Assembly (NCBI RefSeq): GCF_046295235.1
Contig: NZ_JBKBLV010000003.1
Coordinates: 39,589 to 103,588, forward strand
Direction: 5' to 3'
From: Tabrizicola flagellatus
Lineage (GTDB): Bacteria > Pseudomonadota > Alphaproteobacteria > Rhodobacterales > Rhodobacteraceae
DNA length: 64,000 nt
Shown: positions 1 to 12,122 of the stretch, piece after piece
How the letters are laid out: each line of letters opens with the position of its first letter
Position numbering within the stretch: position 1 is the first letter of the stretch
Position numbers and translations under genes: made by a program
The notes under the pieces: model-generated
Seen by the model: only the letters and a program-made list of their open reading frames with translations
What the model was told of the DNA's origin: nothing
Databases searched by the model: none

Positions 1-28
1 CGCGCAGATCGTCCCAGTCCACGGAAAA

Positions 29-88
29 CTCCTCGTGCGCTTTCGCTTCTCGTCGTACGCCCCCGACGAGCGCATGAAATGCGACGAG
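29..88. repeat. Four-heptamer palindromic intergenic repeat, copy A
   Basis: CTCCTCG(29)-N13-CTCGTCG(49)-N8-CGACGAG(64)-N11-CGACGAG(82). Same architecture at 7942, 32063, 40587 and 47824. Confidence 0.75.
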
Positions 89-183
89 GGGGCGTGCGAT
101 TTTGCAAAACCCTTTTGGGAGATTGCCGCTTTGTCTGGCGTTTGTGCAAGGGTAAAAGGCGCGGCAGGCAAAGGGAGGATTCC

Positions 184-1683
184 ATGCAAGAGATCGGTCA
201 CTGGATCAACGGAAAGCGCGTCGCCGGCACCTCGGGCCGCTTCGCCGATGTCATGAACCCCGCCACCGGCGAAGTGCAGGCGCGTGTTGCGCTGGCCACG
301 CTGGCCGAACTCGACCACGCCATCCAGGAGGCCGCCAAGGCCCAGGTCGGCTGGGCCGCCACCAACCCGCAGCGCCGCGCGCGGGTGATGATGGCCTTCG
401 GGGCGCTCATAAACGCGAACATGGACAAGCTGGCCGAGATGGTGGCCCGCGAGCACGGCAAGACCATCCCGGACGCCAAGGGCGACGTGCAGCGCGGCCT
501 CGAGGTGATCGAGGTCTGCATGGGCGCGCCCGCCATGCTGAAGGGCGAGGCGATGGACAGTGCCGGCCCCGGCATCGACCTTTACGCCATCCGCCAACCC
601 CTTGGCGTCGTTGCCGGAATCACGCCGTTCAACTTCCCTGCGATGATCCCGCTGTGGAAGATCGGCCCGGCGCTGTCCTCGGGCAACGCGATGATCCTGA
701 AGCCTTCGGAACGGGTGCCCTCGACCTCGCTGTTCCTGGCCGAACTCCTGCAACAGGCCGGCCTGCCGGATGGCGTCCTTCAGGTCGTCAACGGCGACAA
801 GGAAGTGGTGGACGGCATCCTGGATCATCCCGTCATCCAGGGCGTGGGCTTCGTCGGCTCCACACCCATCGCGCAGTACATCTACGGCCGCGCCGCGGCC
901 AACGGCAAGCGCGCCCAGTGCTTCGGCGGGGCGAAGAACCACATGATCATCATGCCGGACGCCGATCTCGACAAGGCCGCCGACGCGCTGGTGGGCGCGG
1001 GCTATGGCGCGGCGGGCGAGCGGTGCATGGCGATCTCGGTTGCCGTGCCGGTCGGCGAAAAGACGGCCGACGCGCTGATCGAGCGCCTCGTGCCGCGGAT
1101 CGAGAAGTTGAAGGTCGGCCCCTATACCGCTGGAAACGATATCGATTTCGGCCCGGTCATCACCAAGGCATCGAAGGACCGCATCCTGGGCCTGATCGAC
1201 TCGGGCGTCGAACAGGGCGCGAAGCTGGTCGTGGACGGGCGCAGCTTCAAGCTGCAAGGCTACGAGAACGGCTTCTTCGTCGGGCCGTCGCTCTTCGACC
1301 ATGTCACCCCCGACATGGAGATCTACAAGCAGGAGATCTTCGGGCCGGTCCTGTCCACCGTCCGCACCAAGTCTTATGACGAGGCGCTGAAGTTGGTGAT
1401 GGACAACGAATACGGCAACGGCACCGCGATCTTCACCGCTGACGGCGACACCGCGCGCGACTTCGCGAGCCGGGTGAACGTGGGGATGGTCGGCATCAAC
1501 TTCCCGATCCCGGTGCCCTTGTCCTATTTCAGCTTCGGCGGCTGGAAGAAATCGGCCTTCGGCGACCTGAACCAGTACGGGCCCGATGCCTTCCGCTTCT
1601 ACACCAAGACCAAGACGGTCACGGCGCGCTGGTTCTCGGGCATCAAGGAAGGCGCGAGCCTGAACTTCAAGGCACTGGACTGA
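184..1683 (+). CDS. mmsA: CoA-acylating methylmalonate-semialdehyde dehydrogenase
   Basis: ALDH fold: PLGVVAGITPFNFP, FVGST, AKNH, catalytic GERCMA, EIFGP, FSFGGWKKS. ATG at 184 follows a GGAGG RBS. Confidence 0.95.
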   Translation: MQEIGHWINGKRVAGTSGRFADVMNPATGEVQARVALATLAELDHAIQEAAKAQVGWAATNPQRRARVMMAFGALINANMDKLAEMVAREHGKTIPDAKGDVQRGLEVIEVCMGAPAMLKGEAMDSAGPGIDLYAIRQPLGVVAGITPFNFPAMIPLWKIGPALSSGNAMILKPSERVPSTSLFLAELLQQAGLPDGVLQVVNGDKEVVDGILDHPVIQGVGFVGSTPIAQYIYGRAAANGKRAQCFGGAKNHMIIMPDADLDKAADALVGAGYGAAGERCMAISVAVPVGEKTADALIERLVPRIEKLKVGPYTAGNDIDFGPVITKASKDRILGLIDSGVEQGAKLVVDGRSFKLQGYENGFFVGPSLFDHVTPDMEIYKQEIFGPVLSTVRTKSYDEALKLVMDNEYGNGTAIFTADGDTARDFASRVNVGMVGINFPIPVPLSYFSFGGWKKSAFGDLNQYGPDAFRFYTKTKTVTARWFSGIKEGASLNFKALD

Positions 1684-1701
1684 CCGCGCCGCAACCGACG
1701 C

Positions 1702-1725
1702 AAGGGGGCCTCCGGGCCCCCTTTT
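1702..1725 (+). terminator. Intrinsic terminator
   Basis: AAGGGGGCC-TCCG-GGCCCCCTT followed by TT, directly after the mmsA stop. Confidence 0.8.
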
Positions 1726-1762
1726 CGCTTGCGCCGCGCCCGCCGACCGGCATGATCGCCGC

Positions 1763-2413
1763 ATGTGGACCCTGCCCCCCGATCTTGCCTGCGACCTTGC
1801 CCCCGAAAGCTGCAAGCTGCTGACAGACCTGCCGAATCGGGTAGTCCCAAAGGGCCAGGTCCTGTTTCGGGCCGGCGATCTGGCGCAGGGCTTCGTCATC
1901 GTGCTCTCGGGCCGGATCGAGGTGCGCCTGACCGCCGCCTCGGGGCGTGAGATCCTCCTGTATGCGGTGGAACCCGGCGAAAGCTGCGTGCAGACGACGC
2001 TTGGCCTGATGGGGGACGAACCCTATTCCGGCGAGGCGGTGACGGCCTCCGAGGTCGAACTGGTGCTGATCCCCCGGCCCATCTTTGCCCGGCTTCTGGA
2101 CAGCGATCCGGGCTTCCGCGCCTTTGTCCTGCGTGCCTTCGGGCAGCGCATGGCGGAACTGACGCAGCTTTTGGAGCGAGTCGCCTTCGGCCGGGTCGAG
2201 GTGCGGCTGGCCGAGGCGCTTCTGGACCTGGCTGATGGCGAGCTGGTACAGGCCACCCAGGCAGAACTGGCCGCCCGCATAGGTTCGGCGCGCGAGGTGG
2301 TATCGCGCCGGCTGGAGGCCTTCGCCCGCCAGGGCTGGGTCAGCGTCGAGCGCGGCCATGTCCGCCTGCACGACCCCGAGGAAATCCGCCGCCTGGCCGC
2401 TCAGGCAGTGTGA
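1763..2413 (+). CDS. Crp/Fnr family transcriptional regulator
   Basis: cNMP-binding beta-barrel (VLFRAGD, VLSGRIEV) plus C-terminal HTH (TQAELAARIGSAREVVSRRL). Confidence 0.9.
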   Translation: MWTLPPDLACDLAPESCKLLTDLPNRVVPKGQVLFRAGDLAQGFVIVLSGRIEVRLTAASGREILLYAVEPGESCVQTTLGLMGDEPYSGEAVTASEVELVLIPRPIFARLLDSDPGFRAFVLRAFGQRMAELTQLLERVAFGRVEVRLAEALLDLADGELVQATQAELAARIGSAREVVSRRLEAFARQGWVSVERGHVRLHDPEEIRRLAAQAV

Positions 2414-2423
2414 TCTGGTCACA
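2409..2423 (+). promoter_or_regulatory. Putative Crp/Fnr-type operator TGTGA-N5-TCACA
   Basis: Palindrome overlapping the regulator stop codon, about 30 nt upstream of a GCTATT -10-like element that precedes the DUF2892 gene. Confidence 0.6.
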
Positions 2424-2486
2424 GACCGACTCGGTCGCCTTGTGCTATTCAGGAAGCATGGCCATGACGGCCGCAAGGAGGCTGAA

Positions 2487-2696
2487 ATGTTCAAGACCAA
2501 TGTAGGCGGCGTGGACCGCGTGCTGCGAATCGTGGTGGGCATTGCCCTGCTGGTCTGGTTCTTCGTCGACCGGGGTGAGGGCTTCTGGCACTACGCCAAG
2601 CTGATCGGCGTCGTGCCGCTGGCCACGGGCCTGTTCGGCACTTGCCCGCTCTATTCCATTCTCGGGATCTCCACCTGCCCGATGAAGAAGGCGTAA
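2487..2696 (+). CDS. DUF2892 / YgaP-like small membrane protein
   Basis: NVGGVDRVLRI start, two TM segments, LATGLFGTCPLYSILGISTCP motif, AGGAGG RBS. Confidence 0.9.
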   Translation: MFKTNVGGVDRVLRIVVGIALLVWFFVDRGEGFWHYAKLIGVVPLATGLFGTCPLYSILGISTCPMKKA

Positions 2697-2712
2697 CGAG
2701 TGCGGCGGCGGA

Positions 2713-5577
<2,865 letters not shown>

Positions 5578-5643
5578 GGCCGACCCCAAAGGTGCAGGCG
5601 CAAGACATAGGACGGTTTCGACGAGTCTCCAACCGGAAAAAGT

Positions 5644-5658
5644 GAACGTAGCATGAAC
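5644..5658 (-). promoter_or_regulatory. Alphaproteobacterial LexA (SOS) box
   Basis: GAAC-GTAGCAT-GAAC (GTTC-N7-GTTC on the minus strand), 67-81 nt upstream of uvrA. Confidence 0.85.
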
Positions 5659-5682
5659 ATGCTGCCGACGCGAAAAAGGGGC

Positions 5683-5719
5683 TTCACATTTTCATCTAGC
5701 AAGCTATATAGGTGAAAAT
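5683..5719 (+). promoter_or_regulatory. Putative sigma70 promoter with overlapping inverted-repeat operator upstream of the rhodanese gene
   Basis: TTCACA(5683)-N16-TATATA(5705). Inverted repeat ATTTTCATCTA-N10-TAGGTGAAAAT at 5688-5719, 10 of 11 positions match. Confidence 0.5.
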
Positions 5720-5737
5720 CCACAACCGAGGTGCTCC

Positions 5738-6097
5738 ATGTTCTCCTTTCTCCGTCCGGGCCAGACCACTGCACGTCCCAGCATCGCCGAAGTCGCCGAT
5801 CTGGTCGCGCAGGAAAGAATGGTTCTGCTCGACGTGCGCGAAGTCGCCGAGGCCAAGGCCTCGGGCATCGCCAAGGGCGCGCGGCTGATCCCGCTGTCGA
5901 TTCTGGGCATCAAGGCCGATCCGAAGCACCCGGACTGCGAACTGCCGCACGGGCTACCCATCGCGGTCTATTGCGCCTCGGGCGGGCGGTCGGGGATGGC
6001 GGCGGATGCGCTAACCCGGCTGGGCTACGGTCCGGTCTACAATCTTGGCGGCCTGCGCGACTGGGCGGCAGGCGGCGGCCAGGTCGTCGCCTACTAG
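5738..6097 (+). CDS. Single-domain rhodanese-like sulfurtransferase
   Basis: LLDVRE, GARLIPL, active-site YCASGGRS, VYNLGGLRDW. Confidence 0.9.
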   Translation: MFSFLRPGQTTARPSIAEVADLVAQERMVLLDVREVAEAKASGIAKGARLIPLSILGIKADPKHPDCELPHGLPIAVYCASGGRSGMAADALTRLGYGPVYNLGGLRDWAAGGGQVVAY

Positions 6098-7248
6098 AGC
6101 CGCAAGCGGCGGGCCTTCTGGACCGCGTGAACGGCGATTCCCAACGCTGAAAGCGTGACGGCAGCGATGGTCAGCCCGGCCGGCCCGGCGCTGGCCATGA
6201 GCGTGGCCAGAACCGGCGTGCCGGTCGTGGTGCCCAGATTGCCCAGTTGCGCCACCGCCCCGGCGGCGCGGGCGCGGTCCTCGGCGCTGGCGTTCAGCTC
6301 GGGGATCGCAGCAAAGCTCGCCCCCTGCACGATGCCGAGCGCGGCCGAAAGCAGGAAGCCCCCCGCCACCATCCCGGCCCCCTGCCCCCAGAACAGCCAC
6401 AGGAGCAGGAAGCCGGGGATCGCCACGGCATAGCCCGCCTGGACCAGCCGGACCGCGCTCATCCGGCCCAGGAGCCAGACCCCCAGCGTCAGCGAGACGG
6501 CGATGGAAACGAGCGGCATCCCCGCCGCTATCAGCGCGCGGTGGGTCGCGGGCGTTTCGGGCGGCAGCAGTGTCAGGACGGCGACGTAGAGGAAGGTATA
6601 GCAGCAGAACCCCATCGCCGGGGCCGCGAGGCGGGGCGAAGCGTAGATCCGGGCGTGCTGGGCCAGGAGGTTGTCCATCGGCAGCGCCTGGCCCCGGGGG
6701 TCGGGCGGCAGGGTCAGGGCGAGGATCGCCGCCAGCGCGGCCATCCAGGCGGCGTGGCCGAGGAAGAGGCCGGTCGGCGTTGCCATGGGTCCGATCAGCG
6801 CGAGGATCGTGTAGGTCACCCCGAAGAACGACGACCACAGCGTCATCGCCAGCGGCCGGCGGTGTTCGGGGGCAAGCGCGGCGATCATCGTCGGCCCGAC
6901 GACAACGATGGCAAGGTGGCTTGCCCCTTCCACGATCCGGCTGGCCAGCATCAGGGGGTAGGCGGGCAGCAGGCTTTGCAGCGCCGACATCGCCGCCCCT
7001 GCCGCCAGCGCCGCGACGATGGCCCGGCGCGGGCCAATCCGGGCGACCAGCAGGCCGGCGGTGGTGCCGAAGATCAGCCCGACCATGCCGACGATCGACA
7101 CGACGAGGCCAAGCGCGACTTCTCCCCCGCCGCCGTAGGTGGTGCGCAGGGTCTCGTAGAGGATCGAGATTTTCCCGAACTGGGCGGCGGCGCCAAGGCC
7201 GGCGGCCCAGAGAAGGAGGACGAGAAGCATGGGGGGAAGCGGGCGCAT
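6094..7248 (-). CDS. MFS transporter
   Basis: About 12 hydrophobic segments, motif-A-like LLVARIGPRR. Start MRPLPP chosen at 7248. Confidence 0.85.
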   Translation of the reverse strand: MRPLPPMLLVLLLWAAGLGAAAQFGKISILYETLRTTYGGGGEVALGLVVSIVGMVGLIFGTTAGLLVARIGPRRAIVAALAAGAAMSALQSLLPAYPLMLASRIVEGASHLAIVVVGPTMIAALAPEHRRPLAMTLWSSFFGVTYTILALIGPMATPTGLFLGHAAWMAALAAILALTLPPDPRGQALPMDNLLAQHARIYASPRLAAPAMGFCCYTFLYVAVLTLLPPETPATHRALIAAGMPLVSIAVSLTLGVWLLGRMSAVRLVQAGYAVAIPGFLLLWLFWGQGAGMVAGGFLLSAALGIVQGASFAAIPELNASAEDRARAAGAVAQLGNLGTTTGTPVLATLMASAGPAGLTIAAVTLSALGIAVHAVQKARRLRL

Positions 7249-7457
7249 GGGGCAGTCGTAACCGGAACGATCGCGCGACGCCAGAGCCTGTCCCGCTTGG
7301 ACAGATCGGGATAATCCTTCGGCGTCAGATGTTTGGCTGCGGGCGCCAGGGAATTCGCAAGAGTCTTCGCACGGCGACTCGGCCCGCTGCGGCCTTGTCG
7401 CAAAACGTGACTTCACAGCTTCATGTCGGACTTGCAAAGTTTTCATGAAAGTTCAGC

Positions 7458-7934
7458 ATGGCTTTCATGACACCTCTTGCCGCCGCCCTGCTGGCCACCG
7501 CCCTTCTCCTGGCCCCCGCGGCCCGGGCCGGCGAGCGATGCGCGCTGGTCGCCGGGCTGAATCGCGTCCTGACCGACAGCACCGCCTACGCGCCGGTCCC
7601 CTGCCCCGAGATCGGCTTCTCGGCGCTGGAGGGCGCGGCGGGCCTGCGCTCGCAGGCCGGGGCCTATTTCCCCGAGACCGGGCGGATCGAGCTGGCGCCG
7701 GATCTCGACCTGACCACCGCCTACGGGCAAAGCTTCCTCCTGCACGAGATGGTCCATGCCGCGCAGTTCGCGGAAGGTGCGGACGCCCGCGCGCCCTGCC
7801 CCGCCGCGCTGGAGGCCGAGGCCTACCGGGTGCAGGCCGATTTCCTGCATCGCGCCGGGCTGACCCGCGACGCGCTGCTGACCCGGATGCTGGGTGACCA
7901 GCTGGGCACCTGCGGGGCCGCGCCGGACTACTGA
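7458..7934 (+). CDS. Secreted HExxH protein (DUF6647-like)
   Basis: Signal peptide, LLHEMVHAAQ, CPAALEAEAY, several Cys. Confidence 0.7.
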   Translation: MAFMTPLAAALLATALLLAPAARAGERCALVAGLNRVLTDSTAYAPVPCPEIGFSALEGAAGLRSQAGAYFPETGRIELAPDLDLTTAYGQSFLLHEMVHAAQFAEGADARAPCPAALEAEAYRVQADFLHRAGLTRDALLTRMLGDQLGTCGAAPDY

Positions 7935-7941
7935 CCGGCGG

Positions 7942-8010
7942 CTCCTCGTCGGCTTCGCCGCTCGTCGCTGTAGGTTCCCCACCGACGAGGACCCGAAGGC
8001 GAACGAGGAG
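7942..8010. repeat. Four-heptamer palindromic repeat, copy B
   Basis: CTCCTCG-N12-CTCGTCG-N15-CGACGAG-N14-CGAGGAG between convergent genes. Confidence 0.8.
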
Positions 8011-8019
8011 GCGCAGGGG

Positions 8020-8577
8020 TCAGTCCTTCTGCGCCATGGCCCAGGTGACAACCGGAAAATCGGGATCGTCGGTCAGGTCGTCGTCGTCGCGCAGTTCCGG
8101 CGGCCAGGGAGTTTCGAGGTTCCGCCGCGCGACATGGCGGTTGCCCCATTGGTGCGCCTGGATCCGGTCCGCGGCGAACCCGGCCTCGATCAGCAGGTTC
8201 TTCAACCCCCGCGCCGTCCAGCGCGAACAGTCCACCGGGGCGGCGTGGTAGGGGATGAAGAAGGGCACCGCGAGCCAGAACCAGCCGCCCCTGCGCAGCA
8301 TCCGGTAGATGTTGCGGGTCGCGGCATGGGGGCGGTCCACATGTTCCCAGACCTGGTCCGCCATGATGAGGTCGAAGCGGACCACCTTGCCCGCCCCGTC
8401 CAGCATCGGCCCCTTGCAGGGGTCGAATTTCCAGCGGTTCAGCGCAAGATAGCTGCGGAACGGAAAGCTCTGGCCCCATTTTCCCGACAGTTCCAGCACA
8501 TCCAGCCGCTCGGGGCCGAGACTGGTGATCCAGTCCCGGCTGGCCTTCTGCACCACGACGCGGTTCAGCGACCGCAT
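8020..8577 (-). CDS. Class I SAM-dependent methyltransferase-like protein
   Basis: FDLIMADQVWEHV, RMLRRGGWFWLAVPF, DCSRWT. The ATG overlaps the lpdA stop (TGATG). Confidence 0.8.
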   Translation of the reverse strand: MRSLNRVVVQKASRDWITSLGPERLDVLELSGKWGQSFPFRSYLALNRWKFDPCKGPMLDGAGKVVRFDLIMADQVWEHVDRPHAATRNIYRMLRRGGWFWLAVPFFIPYHAAPVDCSRWTARGLKNLLIEAGFAADRIQAHQWGNRHVARRNLETPWPPELRDDDDLTDDPDFPVVTWAMAQKD

Positions 8578-9974
8578 CAGATGTGCAGCGCGCGTCCGTA
8601 GGCGTCGAGCACGGCCTCGTGCATCATCTCGGACAGGGTCGGATGCGGGAAGACGGTGTTCATCAGGTCTTCTTCCGTCGTCTCGAGCGTGCGGCCCACG
8701 ACATAGCCCTGGATCAGTTCCGTCACTTCCGCGCCGACCATGTGGGCGCCGAGAAGCTCGCCGGTCTTGGCGTCGAAAACGGTTTTCACCATGCCTTCCG
8801 GTTCGCCAAGCGCGATGGCCTTGCCGTTGCCGATGAAGGGGAAGCGGCCGACCTTGACCGTGTAGCCCGCGTCCTTCGCCTTCTGCTCGGTCAGGCCGAC
8901 CGAGGCTACCTGCGGGTGGCAATAGGTGCAGCCGGCGATGGAGTTGGGCTTGATCGGGTGCGGATGGCCGCCCGCGATCAGTTCGGCGACCATCACGCCC
9001 TCGTGGCTCGCCTTGTGCGCCAGCCAGGGCGCGCCCGCGATGTCGCCGATGGCGTAAAGCCCGGGAACCCCGGTGCGGCAGAATTCGTCGGTCACGACAT
9101 GGGTGCGGTCGATCTTCACCCCCAGCGCCTCGAACCCGAGGTTTTCCACGTTGCCGACGATGCCCACAGCCGAGATGACGGTGTCGAAGTCCTGCGTGGT
9201 GACCTTGCCGTCCTGTTCGATATGCGCGGTCACGCCCTTGCCGGGATGCCGGTCCAGCTTCTTGACCGCGGCCTTTTCCAGGATCTTCATGCCCTGCTTG
9301 ACGAACTGTTTCTTGGCAAAGGCGCTGATCTCGGCATCTTCAACCGGCAGGATGCGGTCCATCACCTCGACCACAGTGGTATCGGCGCCAAGCGTGTTGA
9401 AGAAGCTGGCGAATTCGATACCGATGGCGCCCGAGCCGATCACCAGAAGCTTCTTCGGCATCCGGCTGGCGACCAGCGCGTGCTTGTAGGACCAGACCAG
9501 ATCGCCGTCGGCCTCGAGCCCCGGCAGCTCGCGCGCGCGGGCGCCGGTGGCGAGGATGATGTGCTTCGCCGTCAACTCCTCGCTGCCCTTGTCGGTCTTG
9601 ACGCTGACCGTGCCCTGCTTCGGCAGCGTAGCAGTGCCCATGAACACGGTGACCTTGTTCTTCTTCATCAGGTGGCCGATCCCGCCCGAAAGCTGTTTCG
9701 CCACCGCGCGGCTGCGCGCGACGACGGCGGGCAGGTCGTAACCGATTGCTTCCGCCTTCAGTCCGAATTCCTTGGCGCGGTGCATCAGGTGGAAGACCTC
9801 GGCGCTGCGCAGAAGCGCCTTCGTCGGGATGCAGCCCCAGTTCAGGCAGATGCCGCCCAGATGTTCGCGTTCGACGATGGCGACCTTCAGGCCCAGCTGG
9901 CTGGCCCGGATGGCGGCGACATAGCCCCCCGGTCCGGCACCGATCACGATCACGTCGAAGCTTTGGGCAGCCAT
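8577..9974 (-). CDS. lpdA: Dihydrolipoamide dehydrogenase
   Basis: GAGPGGY, GGICLNWGCIPTK redox disulfide, HPTLSE. Confidence 0.97.
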   Translation of the reverse strand: MAAQSFDVIVIGAGPGGYVAAIRASQLGLKVAIVEREHLGGICLNWGCIPTKALLRSAEVFHLMHRAKEFGLKAEAIGYDLPAVVARSRAVAKQLSGGIGHLMKKNKVTVFMGTATLPKQGTVSVKTDKGSEELTAKHIILATGARARELPGLEADGDLVWSYKHALVASRMPKKLLVIGSGAIGIEFASFFNTLGADTTVVEVMDRILPVEDAEISAFAKKQFVKQGMKILEKAAVKKLDRHPGKGVTAHIEQDGKVTTQDFDTVISAVGIVGNVENLGFEALGVKIDRTHVVTDEFCRTGVPGLYAIGDIAGAPWLAHKASHEGVMVAELIAGGHPHPIKPNSIAGCTYCHPQVASVGLTEQKAKDAGYTVKVGRFPFIGNGKAIALGEPEGMVKTVFDAKTGELLGAHMVGAEVTELIQGYVVGRTLETTEEDLMNTVFPHPTLSEMMHEAVLDAYGRALHI

Positions 9975-10050
9975 CTTTCCCTCCTCCAGAAAAAGTAGTT
10001 TGCCATTAAACTATATGGAAACCCCTAGCAACGCTGGGGCTGCCGTGGCC

Positions 10051-10635
10051 CTATGCATCGGGCGCATGGCTTTTCAGCCGATTTACAACGGCCATGTAGC
10101 CGCCCTCGTCGAGATATTTCTGCTCTTCCGGGCTGCTGATCCGTCCCAGCGCGGCATTGCGGGTGGGAAAGCGACCGAAGCGGGCGATAACCTCCTGGTG
10201 CGCGCGGGCGTGCAGCGCCATCTCGGGGTCCGAGGCGACGCGCTCGGTCAGAAGCCGCACCGACAGAGCCTGGTCCTCCGGGTCCTCGGAATGCTCGAAG
10301 GGCATGTAGAAGAACTGCCGTTCGGGTTCGGGCGCGCCAAGGTCCCAGCCGGCCTGCAGCGCCTTGCGGGCGGCGGCGCGGGCCTGCGGGTCGGTCGCGA
10401 AGGCCAGCGCCGTGCCGCGGTGGATGTTGCGCGGGATCTGGTCGGTCAGGATCAGGTAGGCGAGCGTGCCAACCGTGCCCTCGGCCCAGTGCTCCAGCCC
10501 GCCGTCACGGGCCGCCTGCCAGAGATCGGCAAAGCGATCGCGGCAGAGGCTGTCGATCTCGTCCCCGCCCGCATACCAGCCCTCGGGGCCGATCTCGTGA
10601 AGCCAGAAGTCCAGAAGAGCGATCGGATCGGACAT
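10051..10635 (-). CDS. DUF924 family protein
   Basis: LDFW, ILTDQIPRNIHRG, FFYMPFEHSE, FGRFPTRN. Confidence 0.9.
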   Translation of the reverse strand: MSDPIALLDFWLHEIGPEGWYAGGDEIDSLCRDRFADLWQAARDGGLEHWAEGTVGTLAYLILTDQIPRNIHRGTALAFATDPQARAAARKALQAGWDLGAPEPERQFFYMPFEHSEDPEDQALSVRLLTERVASDPEMALHARAHQEVIARFGRFPTRNAALGRISSPEEQKYLDEGGYMAVVNRLKSHAPDA

Positions 10636-10695
10636 GGCAGCCCCCCTTTCCCGGCAAAGACTTGCAGGGAAAGCGCGCCGGCGCAATCGAAGATG

Positions 10696-11946
10696 TCAGG
10701 CGGCCTTGTCGGCGGGCGGTTCGTCCTTGACGGCTTCCTCCAGCACCGCCTCGACCGCCAGTGGCGAGGCGCCCGGCGAGACGCTGCGGAAGGCGCCGGT
10801 GACGGTCGGCGCGGCGCGGCGGGTCATGCGGTAGAGCGCGTAGGCGGCAAGCGCGACGTAGAGCAGCCCGATGAACAGGAAGAAGCCCGAGGGGCCGACC
10901 TCCTCCATCATCCAGCCGGTGGCGGTGGGGCCGAAGATCGCGCCGAAGCCGTTGAGGAAGATCAGCCCGGCCGAGGCTCCAGCCATCTGCTCGCGCGGGA
11001 GGAAGTCGTTGGTATAGGCGATCAGCAACGCATAGACCGGGTTGGTGATCCCGCCCAGCACCATGCCGACCGCGACCAGCGCCGGGAAGGGCAAGGTTAC
11101 GAAGGCCGCCAGCGCCATGGCCAGCGCCGCCACCGCCGACAGGCCCATGATCAGCGTGCGGCGGTCCATCCGGTCGGAGGCCCAGCCGACGGGATATTGC
11201 AGCACCAGCCCGCCCACATAGATCGCGCCGACAAAGACCGAGATCTGCCCGACCGTCAGCCCCTGCTGCGCGCCCCAGACCGCCGCCATCCCGAACATGG
11301 CCGAGAAGATGCCCCCCGTCAGCAGCATGCCCACGCAGCCCAGCGGCGAGATGCGGAAGAGCCGCGCGAAGGACACCCGCCGCGATCCGTCGAAGGCGGG
11401 GGCCGGCGTGGGGGCCAGCAGGATCGGCAGGAAGGCCAGCGAGACCAGGACCGAGGGCAGGATGAACAGGGTGAAGCCGCTCGGGTCGGGCAGGTTCAGG
11501 ATCACCTGGCTGGCGATGATGCCGATCATCTGCACGATCATGTAGGCCGACAGCGCCTGGCCCCGCGTCTCGTTCGAGGCGGTGTTGTTGATCCAGCTTT
11601 CGGCGGTGATGTAGATGCCCGAAAAGCAGAACCCTGCCAGCACGCGCAGCGCCGTCCAGGCCATCCAGTCGGGATAGACCGGGTAGATCACGAGCACCGC
11701 CGAGATCAGCGAGCCGAGCGCGGCAAAGACCCGCACATGCCCCACCCGGCGGATCATCCGCGGCGCGGCCCAGGAGCCGAAGAGGAAGCCCAGGAAATAG
11801 GCCGCCATCACATAGGACAGCTGATAGGTGGTGAAACCTTCCAGGTTGCCGCGGATACCGAGGAGCGTGCCCTGCACGCCATTGCCGACCATCAGGAGCA
11901 TCACCCCCATCAAGAGCGGCCAGGAATGGGTCAGAACCTTCAGCAT
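10696..11946 (-). CDS. MFS transporter (YcaD-like)
   Basis: IRRVGHVRVFAA, ESWIN, GWASDRMDRR. Start MLKVLT chosen at 11946. Confidence 0.9.
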   Translation of the reverse strand: MLKVLTHSWPLLMGVMLLMVGNGVQGTLLGIRGNLEGFTTYQLSYVMAAYFLGFLFGSWAAPRMIRRVGHVRVFAALGSLISAVLVIYPVYPDWMAWTALRVLAGFCFSGIYITAESWINNTASNETRGQALSAYMIVQMIGIIASQVILNLPDPSGFTLFILPSVLVSLAFLPILLAPTPAPAFDGSRRVSFARLFRISPLGCVGMLLTGGIFSAMFGMAAVWGAQQGLTVGQISVFVGAIYVGGLVLQYPVGWASDRMDRRTLIMGLSAVAALAMALAAFVTLPFPALVAVGMVLGGITNPVYALLIAYTNDFLPREQMAGASAGLIFLNGFGAIFGPTATGWMMEEVGPSGFFLFIGLLYVALAAYALYRMTRRAAPTVTGAFRSVSPGASPLAVEAVLEEAVKDEPPADKAA

Positions 11947-12122
11947 CGCCCCTTGCGCCCCCGCGGACTGCCCGCCGCCTTCTGCCTGCCCGAACTTCGC
12001 CCGCATGGCAAGCCGCCCCCGATACCGTCCGGCAGGATTGTTTCGGGTACAGCCGGTTGAATCCCGGCGCCAAGGCCCCATCTGCTACGAAACCCATCGA
12101 TTCCAGCCGCAGGAGAACCGCC

